Origin: Raillietiella orientalis
Lineage: Eukaryota
Reading direction: 5' to 3'
DNA length: 64,000 nucleotides
NCBI GenBank assembly: GCA_036172245.1
Contig: JAYWIR010000003.1
Location: 744,001-808,000 of the forward strand
The position numbers and the translations under genes were made by a program. Position 1 is the stretch's first letter. Every line of letters starts with the position of its first letter. Shown here one piece after another: positions 11,901 to 21,700 of the stretch. The notes under the pieces are model-generated. The model did no database searches and was not told where the DNA came from. It saw only the letters and a list, made by a program, of their open reading frames with translations.

Positions 11901-14900
11901 TAAAGAACGCTGATTTCAGGAGCAGCCGTGCTTTCGTTGCGCGGCAACGAGAATAGGAAACGAAACTGAAGATGCTGCTGGGATCGAATCACACGGATAT
12001 TTGCACAGTGCACACACGAGTTCGCAGCTTCTTCTCGCTTGCATCCAAACGTGTGGTGCACTTCAATGACTTATCTTCAATGAGCCAAAACGAAACTGCT
12101 GCTGCATTTCGTAGAATTGTGATTGCATCAAAGGGGATGTGTTCCAAAACTCTTGTTGCATACATTTGGAAAAAATCACTTCCGTTTTGAAAATTGAATT
12201 TTCGACTACACAAACTTTTACTGCTTTCGAATTTACCAAGTTCTCTTTCCCTACGGATCTCAAATGCGAACAAAAAAAAAAAAAAAAACCTCTGTTCAAA
12301 AAGAAAAAAAAAGAGCTTCCTTTACACAGAACGTTCGTTTTTCCTCAACATTTCTACTGCAAGTATTTTATCGCACTTGATGACTTCGAAGTTACTCTAT
12401 ATCTGCTCTTCCTCATGGATGCAACAGCTGTTTCTTCCGCGATTACTGATACAAGAAAACACAGAAGGAGGGACATGGGATACAACAGAGCTTCCTTTAA
12501 GAAAGCAGGAAAAGTTTTCGATGAGAAAATGCACAAGATATCTGGAACTCGGAATCAAGAAACAAACGAACAAAGAAAAAAAAGACTGCTGAGGTTAAAC
12601 TCCTTGCGAATAGTTGGCTTTTAAGAAGCCACGAAACAGCTGGCGAAGCAGTGGTCAAGACCTTTACAATTTCATACGCTTTCCCCGTGTTGGGCTTTTC
12701 TTTGCCGGAAGGAGTCATAATATTTAATCCCGTGCCACGAATCTGTTTTCGCAGACTCTTTGGAAAGCAAAACTTCCCGTTTTAATTTGAAAAAATTCAT
12801 TGATAGACAGCTTTTTTTTTTTTTACTGCAATTAACTCGAAGCGGGGATAGAGCAGCCTTTCAGATTTACCACGGAAGAACATCTAAAAGTCCCGACATT
12901 TTCCGCAACTTTTCCTCATCTCCGTCACATAATTATCCTTTGATGCTGCGTGATTCGTCAGTATGCCACAAAGTCTTTGGAGGAAAAAGTGGACAAAGAC
13001 AGCAACGGGCATGGCGCTGCAGTTCTCAGGCCGTGCAGAATTTTTGTGCAGGCAACATTCATTCTCAAGATGATGGTGATGAGACCTGCTGAAGCATGGC
13101 TTACCACAAAAGTTCTTTTCTGCTTGAGGGGTTGACGGAGTCGTCTTCTGATTGGGAGTTCCATGGTTTCGATTTGATGCTATGTACCTTTTCGTTTTCA
13201 TGGATACTTGACCGTTTTGATGTATGCAGTAGAGGACATCTCTCTGAGAGCACTGGTGCACCTAAAGGAAATATTTTCCATGATTTTTAATTCATGAAAA
13301 TTAAGTAGTGTCCTACATTAAGAAAAATAATAACACACGCCATGCAGAGAAAGCTTACACTGAGCACGCGGCATGGAAGGTCAACGTGCACGTTTGTGCA
13401 TCGTAAATTTCTTTAAGGACAATGCCCGGAGGAACATAAGAGCACATTGAAACGGTTTGATACGAAAACTATGTGGAAAGTCATTGAAAAACGAAAAAAA
13501 CTGCCGAAAATTGAACTGCAGGTACACAAGAATGGTATGATTTCATCTGAAGGCTCTTGTAATTAAAACACACTCTAATTTATTCTGCCTATCGATTTAT
13601 CACTTATACTTATTTATCAATTCTTGGTGTCCACATGTCTAAGATTGACTCATTGCTTTCTATGACTGAGAGATCGTATTTTTTTTGTGTGTGTTTTCCG
13701 GGGCGAAGTACTTCCATTTTCGCTGCCCACACCTCGGCTTTTTATACTGTTTCCTTTTTAATTTATACTTCCACTTGCATCGACACATTAAAATGTCTGT
13801 TACCATGCGGTGCCGACAAGTTTGATCTCAGAAACTGGAAATTCAGTTGACAAAACGTTCCCAAACATACTTAGGATCCAACACATTTCTCAATGACAGT
13901 TTCGCAGAGTAAGTACTAAATAACGTATGAAGTAATTTACACAGAAATCATCTTGTGAAGAATAAACGAAGTCAAGTATGCATGATTAATGGGCAGTTTC
14001 AGATTTTCAGTTGCCAGGCTGGGAATCCATGTTCAGTATGACTTCACAGAAATCTTGCATTCCATTTGTAGAAGGTGTGAGGCCGTTGGTTAGACGGGAT
14101 ACTGAGCAGCAGCACTGGACCATTTTGAAAACCGGAAGCGAAATGCGGAAAAAAAACTTCGGACGAGCAAGGATTTAGCGTACATGGAAAACGCACGTTT
14201 GCAGAACTTTGGCGAACAAGCATTTGAATATTTCTGAGGGAAATGATTGCAACTGGTAACCAACTTTATCCCGTAACTTCCAATTTTCACGGTCATTTAA
14301 TACAACTCTGACTATCAATGAACCTAAAAACTAATTCATGCTTAATAAGAGGCTTACAGCTGTACTTTCGGTGTCATTTGCTTTCCTCGTGAAGCACCAT
14401 TTCCCGATTAAATATACAATTTAATGATCGATGAATCTTCTACGAAAATTCACCATTCGAGGCACACATCCTTTCAAACAGTACTTTTTTTACCATATGT
14501 TTTAAATCCTATTGCAATTTTTTTTTTTAATGAGTGATGGTAGCCCCCCCCCCCCCCAAAAAAAAAGGGGGCTAATGGTCTACCATTAAGAGCTCTGAAT
14601 ATTTGATTTAATTAATAATCAATTTCTTCACCGTAGAATGTGAATCCATGAAATGATGATTGCTTCATGGATTATCAGCCAACAGCAACGAAGAAACGGT
14701 TTCACAATCAATATGTAAGAATTATTAAAAAGAATTGAGTAAAGACAGTATTATGTTAGTATAAACACACCAGAAGAAAATAAGTTTATTTGAGCGAACT
14801 ATTCGATAATTCAAGAAAAAGCACATTGTGTACTTTTCCACGTTATGTGAATGCCGGCATTCACAATATGAGGCTGAGAATGCCATATTACCTTGACTTG

Positions 14901-17900
14901 TGTAAGTCATTCTTTGTTTTAAAAAGCCACAAAGTGTTTGTAACGAAAAAGCAATGCAGTTTTTTCGAAATATTCAGAGCAGTGAACGTAAAATCTCGAA
15001 ATAAAAGGGACAAGGGACGACACAAAAACTATGAACAAGCAATGTGGATGGATGTACAACGAATACACTAAAAATGCACATCAAACATGAGGAACTTTTA
15101 CAAAGACAAATGTTCGAAATGGAACAAAAAAAGGCATAACAACGATTTTAAATAAGTGTTAGGATTCTACCATTCAAAATCCAATTTCATTAGAAGTTTT
15201 AAATAACACAATTATAAACGAATGCTTTGTAATGAAAAACTTCCGCCTTAGTAAATCCGTTGAAAGTGCAATTCATTCATCCCACTAATTACAAATTCCA
15301 GGTTTGTTTGTTTGTTTGTTTGCGTTGTTTTTTTTTTGGGGGGGGGGGGTTCGCTGAGTACTAAAGAGCCGTTCTCTTCCTTAGGGGCATCGCAGGGGCT
15401 CGACGATGCCGCCACAAAGCTCTTTGGTCTTTTAGGTGGGAATTCGGGTGGCTCACGAGACTCTTTTAAAGACTGCCCATTCCGACCGAGGGTGCGTGTA
15501 ACTCACTTGGGGGGCGACCCCGAAGAGGCCACCCAAGTTCCAAAAAAAGCTCATTTCCACAGTATGTCGACGGAAGCATTTCCTATTTCAACATCCTTGG
15601 ATAATTAAAGTTGTCAATACCTTGTACCAACAAAGGCGCACATTTAGAGTAACATTAAAACCAAATAAATAAATAAAACTATAGAAGAACTAAGGTGCAT
15701 TAACGTATCAAAACAAATGGAACAAACGAAAATTTCAAATATTAATTCCCGAGTTCAGTACATTTAGGACAGAATTATCCGCTGACGAGAATGCTTAAAT
15801 CAGAATAGAGCACACCTTGGTCCGGCAGCATTCATTTTGTATGGAAGCCGGCCAAAATTCGTACGCAGACTTTCACATTCCACAATCTATGTAGTTCTTT
15901 AGCAGAGGGCAGAAAAATTATGCTAGGAAGCAGTCACTTTGTCTTCATCCATTGTGTTCTCATACGTGCTGTTTTGAAAATCGAATTATATCAAAATTAC
16001 TTCAAATATATCTTAAGCGATCACTACGTGTGATGACTAGAGATGGAAAGAATTAATATTTCTATTATTTATCTGTGTGGTAGACAAGAAACTACCAGAC
16101 TGTGAACTGCAGTACAGCCATCACCAAAGTCTTCAACATGCCTTGCTTGGTACCAAAAGCTTGTTTAGAAACCAGGAAAAGATTGAGAAATAAATGTCTT
16201 ACAATAGAGTTTCTTCATTATGATGATTCTTGATATAGGTATGCATATTCATGTTGGCAGTTCAAGCACATTAAAACACTTTCCTTTTGTAACAACATAC
16301 ATCTTCATTCAGAGTTTGCTATTCAAGTTTGTTTGTTTTTATTGGAACGTCAAATAATCTACATTATACTGCTCGTTTTTCTCACATTTCTCATCAACTT
16401 CTACAGTCTCTTCTCACCATTAATAGGGAATTCTATTCCATCGATGATTCGTATTGGATAATACCAAAATTTCAAATTACAGTCATTCCTATCCTTTCCA
16501 AACCTTATTAAAGAATACCGAAGCTTGGTGTTTGAAGGGCACAAAAACGAAATTCATAAGAGCTGTTTTCAGAGATAAGAGTTTAATTTTTTGAAAACGA
16601 TCCTGTAGAAGGAAGAACAATTTGTATGTCTTACCTTCACCAGTGGTGACTGAGAATTGCCCAAATACATCCAGCTAATAATTTGCAGAGATTGCAAATT
16701 CACAGTCAATATGGAGAATAATCGAATTATTAGCACACAATCTCGGATAGAAGTATGATAAGCAACATTCAGTATTTCATTCAGAGGCAAATGAGGAGTA
16801 TCATTTCTGGAAATCAGAAAAATTGACAAGGCAATGAAGATACAAATGTGCATGGTAAAGCAGTAAGTAGTAAGTGATCGAATGCCTATATATTTTCTTA
16901 GTAAAGTTTCTAAGTATATTTTAATTTAGGAACTTCACTTCTACAAATTTAATGCAAATAAACATGTTCATGCATCTGTTTACCAAAAGCTAATGCATTT
17001 AACTATATAAGAGCAACCTAAAGCTGGAATAATACTTGTCATCAGAGAGCATCTTGAAGTATTCAACGTAATATCTTTCTGCATCATCAGAAGTAGTGGT
17101 AGGATTCCCTGTAGTTCCCCAATGTGAACTAAACGAACTACACATTGACACATAAGTACTTCGATTCAAAACAATGAAACCATTGCCTTCTGGACTACTA
17201 CTCACATTGCAATCTTCTACCATGGTCAAGTTATCTTTAGAAAGAACTAAAATGTAAACAATTATTACTGAAAATTTTTAATCACATCAAAAGTAATGTG
17301 TATCGGGATAGAGGGCACAAGAATTCACTGAATACAACTCCACTCATCATTACACATACTTACAAAGAAATTCGTGGTTGTTAAATGGATTACATGTAAA
17401 CTGATAAACAGATTCTTCATAGCTTTTTTTCCATAACTTGGAGCATTGCATGGTATCCCATAAAATGAAAATACCTGATGCTTGAAGAGACAGTAAGTAA
17501 TGGGATACATCAACATTGGAATACCACTGTATGTCTACAACAAACAAAATAAATGCAATAATCATACACACTGAATTAATTTCCCCTGCTGACAATACAG
17601 ATTCAGTGACTAAAATTATAACTATCGAAACACATTTGAAATAAAGTGATTTCATTTCATTAATTCTCGTTTCAAAAGAAACAAAACAAAATAAGAGTCG
17701 AAATTTTAAATCCTATCTTGTATTTTTGAAATAATGCTTCTCGTTCTCCATTCCTGATTACACATGCTTGACCCCCAAAACACATACAAACACATGAGCT
17801 CTAGATTTTGACACAGTTCTATCTAGCAAATTACTTTGACAATAGCAATGTGTCACTTTTCGGAGAGGCAAATACCATCAGTAACATACATAATCATGAC

Positions 17901-19472
17901 ATAATATTGTAAACAATAAATATCAAATGAGCAGCTTTGGTATAACAAAATTATCATAAAAACAAAAAAATTGTCTATTTAATAAATTAAGATCTGCAGA
18001 TGATAAGGAAATTGATACAAGTATCATAAATGTAAATGATAATCCTTTCTACTATTGAATGAACACAAAAAATAAGTTAAGCAAATCTGAGATAAGCAAA
18101 TCTGAGATAAGCAAATCAACCGATGGGAAATTTTTAATATAAATATAGCTTTTTATGATAAATCAATAACTTCAAGCTTATAGGAATTAGTTCAATGCAT
18201 TATGAGGTAAACAAATAGATGGATGCAATCTCACACTGGAGATGGCAAACCTTACACTCATGACAATGCTGATTCCCTCAAAGTTTACAGTCTGAAGAAG
18301 TGATATTTAATAATTAAACAAGAAAATCAAGAACATTCATTACTGATGAACTGAAATGGTGGCTAGCAGAGACAAGAGAACATGCAAGGCTGAAAAGACG
18401 GTGGAAAATTCTCCTCTTCATCTGAATCAATACCCCAAGTTTCACATGATTCTGAATGACAAAATGTGAATACACACTATATTCAAGATTACATATGACA
18501 GACACAAACATTAGACAGTGAGAATATGCGTATATAGAATAATTGCAATGATTGAGAAACAGCTTGGGAAACAAAGTTAAAATAAGACCATCATCTTATG
18601 GTCAATATCCCAGCAAATCAAATGCCTTATTTGAACATAGTTTTATTATTTTCTTGGGAGAAAGCGTGCATGAATCATCTCAAGCATCATAATGAAAAAA
18701 GAGTCTATCGTGAGCAATGATCCGTTTATTTTCCAAGAAATTCTCTGATCCATTAATTATTGATTCTATTGACAAACTTCAAAATAAACTGGCAAACCGA
18801 GTTTTATTAATTCATCCAATGAGATATGATGAGATTAGTCCAAGATTACCATTTACCACATTTATAATGATTTTTTGCTCACACCAATACAAACTATTAA
18901 AAACGTATTAATTTCATACCAATAACAGGTTTGCTGCAATCAAACAAATTCACGGAATTGGAGTTTTTGAAATCCCAGACAAAAATATGACCAGTCAGAT
19001 CTCCTGAACCCAGTATGCATTCAAATAAATCCTCTGTTTCCCTGTATACTGTTGAAGGTTTCCATTTCACCTAAAATTCAGTCATATTGACACTGTGGAA
19101 CATGCACCAGTGGGAAACATTTGCCCTGATCAACAAAAACGAGTTTTTTTCATCATTTTGCTACACAAAATTTCATGATGCATTACTGAATAATAGTTTC
19201 ACTTGAAATTTATTGGTTTCTGCAGATAAGACATTTAGAAAATAAGATTACTTACACATATTATGTAGGATTTATGTGCATCAATAGTTTGTATGAGTTC
19301 TAACAGTCTGGTATCAATAACAGCTAATGTAAAATAACTACCATATGCTAAATAGGCTTGTTTCCTAGAAAAGTTGCTCTCACAATTGCATTCATTTCAG
19401 TTTCTTTCCTTACCAATCACTAGCTAAGGCATTTACTGCATGCTGGGGACCGGGTATGACTGGCATTTTCAT
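4456..19472 (-). CDS. WDR11: WD repeat-containing protein 11 (WDR11), spliced gene, 3'-partial in this window (20 exons)
   Basis: Phase-consistent GT-AG exon chain: 19414-19472, 19256-19364, 18920-19070, 17364-17534, 17036-17246, 16635-16806, 13105-13261, ~10996-11252, 10515-10723, 10291-10470, 10124-10232, 8545-8656, 8373-8491, 7629-7753, 7278-7374, 7001-7166, 6781-6918, 5775-5950, 5561-5656, 4456-4622. Peptides are collinear with WDR11 as I recall it: KLWKKSY, CSQRDVLYCIHQNG, CVRNEFAVVDLHSG, VSHLRQYL...PLELYD, KIADVDW...DGCFRI, LAERCMLAA...FW, DRSMQLL...YYTHCLK. The expected C-terminal exons were not found between 1 and 4455. Confidence 0.9.
4660..5150 (+). mobile_element. Degenerate RTE-clade LINE 3' fragment in a WDR11 intron
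   Basis: IPLNIQKRVY and KRKSSRIRFAD resemble RTE C-terminal motifs IPLxLKxKVY and KRxRGRPxxRWxD. Confidence 0.4.
5561..5656 (-). CDS. WDR11: WDR11 exon 19 (GSLTDAEDVSYGLADLFIEDSLNYLLSSDAYK)
   Basis: tttcag acceptor, AAG|gtac donor; phase 0 at both ends. Confidence 0.7.
5775..5950 (-). CDS. WDR11: WDR11 exon 18 (LDSPSLSLAERCMLAAEFCG...KFW)
   Basis: Long poly-T tract plus ccag acceptor; L..P...L..RC.L....G......FW. Confidence 0.85.
6781..6918 (-). CDS. WDR11: WDR11 exon 17 (acceptor approximate)
   Basis: Open frame, G|gtgagt donor, phases consistent; weak similarity. Confidence 0.65.
7001..7166 (-). CDS. WDR11: WDR11 exon 16 (KIADVDWINSKSLLLATADGCFRI)
   Basis: Canonical splice sites; DVDW...LA..DGC.R. 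Confidence 0.9.
7278..7374 (-). CDS. WDR11: WDR11 exon 15 (GSIVKVVFA...FSDGIAIWD)
   Basis: Canonical splice sites; K..FA...DG...WD. Confidence 0.85.
7629..7753 (-). CDS. WDR11: WDR11 exon 14 (WWKQEFLIWCDNEGTLLLWNL)
   Basis: Canonical splice sites; WK...L...D..G.L..W.L. Confidence 0.85.
8373..8491 (-). CDS. WDR11: WDR11 exon 13 (ESFLTFDVEGNFHLFTVDGNALKDGFRVP)
   Basis: Resembles EHFVFTDIDGQVYHLTVEGNSVKD; tandem CAGCAG acceptor. Confidence 0.85.
8545..8656 (-). CDS. WDR11: WDR11 exon 12 (TWSPLRNAKSL...)
   Basis: ttttcag| acceptor, gtaagt donor; WSP..N.KSL. Confidence 0.85.
10124..10232 (-). CDS. WDR11: WDR11 exon 11 (QYLIIQFQSDPLELYDMPTFSLLRVLPKKFPMVTAL)
   Basis: Poly-T acceptor, gtaaat donor; QYL...PLEL...LLR...FP..TAL. 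Confidence 0.9.
10291..10470 (-). CDS. WDR11: WDR11 exon 10 (LEW...VRNEFAVVDLHSG...ESAV...VSHL)
   Basis: Canonical splice sites; VRNE...VDL..G motif. Confidence 0.9.
10515..10723 (-). CDS. WDR11: WDR11 exon 9 (VRICPFL...GCANGRICVYNV...EFHVFPCAVK)
   Basis: Canonical splice sites; R-x-CP-x-L and G-x-x-NG-x-x-x-VY motifs. Confidence 0.9.
10996..11252 (-). CDS. WDR11: WDR11 exon 8 (boundaries approximate)
   Basis: ...AAIFFTNGKVIFYDV...PFYS resembles AALVVSDGRVMIWEL...PLYS; alternative donor at 11056. Confidence 0.65.
13105..13261 (-). CDS. WDR11: WDR11 exon 7 (VHQCSQRDVLYCIHQNGQVSMK...)
   Basis: tttag| acceptor; C-x-QRD-x-L-x-C-x-H-x-NG motif; donor position less certain. Confidence 0.8.
16635..16806 (-). 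CDS. WDR11: WDR11 exon 6 (LNEILNVAYHTSIRD...SPLVK)
   Basis: ttccag| acceptor, |gtaag donor; resembles the LNDCLQLAY...R region. Confidence 0.8.
17036..17246 (-). CDS. WDR11: WDR11 exon 5
   Basis: Open frame, splice phases fit both neighbours; weak sequence similarity. Confidence 0.7.
17364..17534 (-). CDS. WDR11: WDR11 exon 4 (DIQW...ILWDTMQCSKLWKKSYEES...NPF)
   Basis: Canonical splice sites; diagnostic KLWKKSY. Confidence 0.9.
18078..18117. repeat. 15-bp tandem repeat (TAAGCAAATCTGAGA) x2.7
   Basis: Directly visible in WDR11 intron 3. Confidence 0.9.
18920..19070 (-). CDS. WDR11: WDR11 exon 3 (VKW...GSGDLTGHIFVWD...KPVI)
   Basis: ttttag| acceptor, |gtatg donor; WD40 repeat ending VWD. 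Confidence 0.85.
19256..19364 (-). CDS. WDR11: WDR11 exon 2 (KQAYLAYGSYFTLAVIDTRLLELIQTIDAHKSYIIC)
   Basis: ctag| acceptor, |gtaag donor; AYG...VID...H motif. Confidence 0.85.
19414..19472 (-). CDS. WDR11: WDR11 exon 1 (MKMPVIPGPQHAVNALASDW)
   Basis: ATG at 19472 with an in-frame stop upstream; donor TG|gtaagg; resembles the WDR11 N-terminal G-x-x-x-x-x-N-x-x-A-x-DW. Confidence 0.8.
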
Positions 19473-20449
19473 TCTGTTTAATGTTTGCTATGCATTTTCC
19501 ACACAGTATTTTTCCTATTGTAATGCAACTATGATCCTATCACAGATAAAATTTGGAAACACATCAACAAAGTGCACATATATGACCGTTTTTCTTGATT
19601 TTTGATGCTTAACTTAGAATTTTTAAGACAATGTATGCTGGTGTGTGTGTATGTTTTTGTTGCTGCTATTTGACCAGAATCCACATTTGTCCTGCTTTTA
19701 GAACTACAATTTGTTGACTAAGGTTAAGCTTCAAAAATGGAAACTTTTCTGGGTGAAACGCATAAGTTTTCGTTTCATGCACGCAATCACATTAGGTTTT
19801 CATGTCCCTATGAGAATACAGAATACCAAGAAACTGATTTTGTTTCCACTGCCCTGAACATACAAATTTCGAGTACTTAATACTTAGCATCCTAACTTTA
19901 TCTTGAGGGTGAAGTTACTATGAAGTGAATTTATAAATTATACGTGTCTTTTATGAATTACTCGATTCAAACAACATTTTGGAAGACGAGAAAAATTACA
20001 TGCAATCTTTCAGAAACTGGAAAACTGTTCTGCCAAATGACACGCGGTCATTCTTTGAACACTTGGTTAGATTTGGTGATTTGGTGATTCGTTGGCTATT
20101 GGATGTTGAGCCACAGTTATCTTTCCGGCAAGCTCCAGGATCGGAACCTTCCTTGTTCAGCCATTGAACCGAGGATACCAGAACGGAAAGAATTTTGTGC
20201 TGTTAATTCACCGAAGGTTCGATTATTCAAAACGTGTCTCTTTCCATTTCTCTCAGGAAACCACGAAATTTGAAACGTATTTGTCTCTTATACGTGAGCA
20301 TTGCTTTAAAGTTCGTTTATTCCTATTTTCTCATTGCTCCTCTTTTTAAAGCCATTCTCGCGTAATCTGTGATGATGATAATGACTTGGAAGAGTTGGTG
20401 CTTCCGCGTGTAAGAAGAAACAGTTCAATTATTCAATCGCTTGTTTTGT

Positions 20450-21700
20450 TGTCAGGAACTTCATTAAGCGTTCAGGGTTCGGCATATGTCTTCATTTTTT
20501 TTCCTTTAAATAATAATTCTCTGCTGTCTATCGAAAAGACGCTCGTACACAAACAGAAAATCTACATTTTGAGCAGGAAGCGACAGGTGTTCATCCCGTG
20601 TTTGATGATTTTTAAGAGCACTGTTACTTTTTTTGTTTTGTAATGAATACTTCGAATATGCTGAGTATGATTCCGAAAAACATTTCTAAAGTTGTGACTT
20701 CCGAAAGCTGTTCTTTGTGTTGAATAAATTGTCCGCAAATGCTTCATTCTTAAACACAATTCCTGGAAAAAGCATCGGAACTATCTATTAAACCAAACTG
20801 ATCTTTTCACGCAATCTTTCGTATGTTTCATTGCTGGGAGTAACTATTAACTAAGATTCAATTTTTAAAGTTGTAGTTTCAATCTAGGCGATACCCAAAG
20901 AGTTTTGGGTGTCACCAGCCATTAAGCAGTGCCCATGCATTTATTCACCTCTTTGAATGTCACTTGTACTGTGAGATGTCTCTCCTGATCTGGGACTTTT
21001 CTGAACCCAGGAACATTTTGTGTTACTCTCGGCAGCAGTGCATAATCCAAGAACAGAAAAAAAGGCATTCGTTGAAATCAAACTAGTCTTACTTGTTTTC
21101 TTCAGATTCGATGGCCTTCTGTAGTCCAAGCTTCGCAGTCAGTAAACGTCTTGAGATAGGTTCTTTTCTTGTTAAAATCACTTTTCCTGCATGTGAAATC
21201 ATGAGTCACAATCCTATGTCCGCCGAGAGCCAGAGTAAACTAAGAGTCGCAACCAAATCTACCAAATGCACAGACATTATTGGCTGAAGAAACATCACAC
21301 TTTTGAAGCCATTTGATTTCCTTGCTGAGATGGACAAGTAACAAGTATGTGTCATGTTTACTGACATCTGGTAAGAAAGCAGCTTCAGTTCTGTCTCTTG
21401 AGACTGGTTTTGGGAACAAATCCATGGAATCCAGAGCCTTATTGAGAAGTAGATGAGACATTAAAGGGCAGCCGAATGTAATCCGTGAAATTCATATGTT
21501 TTTGGTGATAAATGCAAGAAAATTATGCTATGATGGAAGCTCTGTGTAAAATACGAAATCCTTTGACAGAGCTGAAGATTTCTTCTTTGTTTTACAAATA
21601 AGCCAAAAATTGTTTGCTATTATATAGTCTGATCTTCTTAAGAATGCTTTCTCAAGAAAAGCATGTGAAGGAATGCTATCATAAAATAAATATGGTGTTC
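20450..21700 (-). mobile_element. Degenerate hAT (Charlie/ZBED5/GTF2IRD2-like) transposase remnant
   Basis: Ordered remnants SCIYHQK (~21500-21519; HCxxH), LLLVH...EIKWL (~21305-21345; EVRWL) and LCTSVFS (~20532-20553; LCExxFS). Confidence 0.5.

Noticed and set aside
11989..13085. Open frames in WDR11 intron 7 that could be extra exons
   Set aside because: No similarity to WDR11, and exons 7 and 8 already join in phase without them
14536..14587. Inverted repeat TAGCCCCC...GGGGGCTA around C and A homopolymers
   Set aside because: Driven by homopolymer runs that are ubiquitous in this genome
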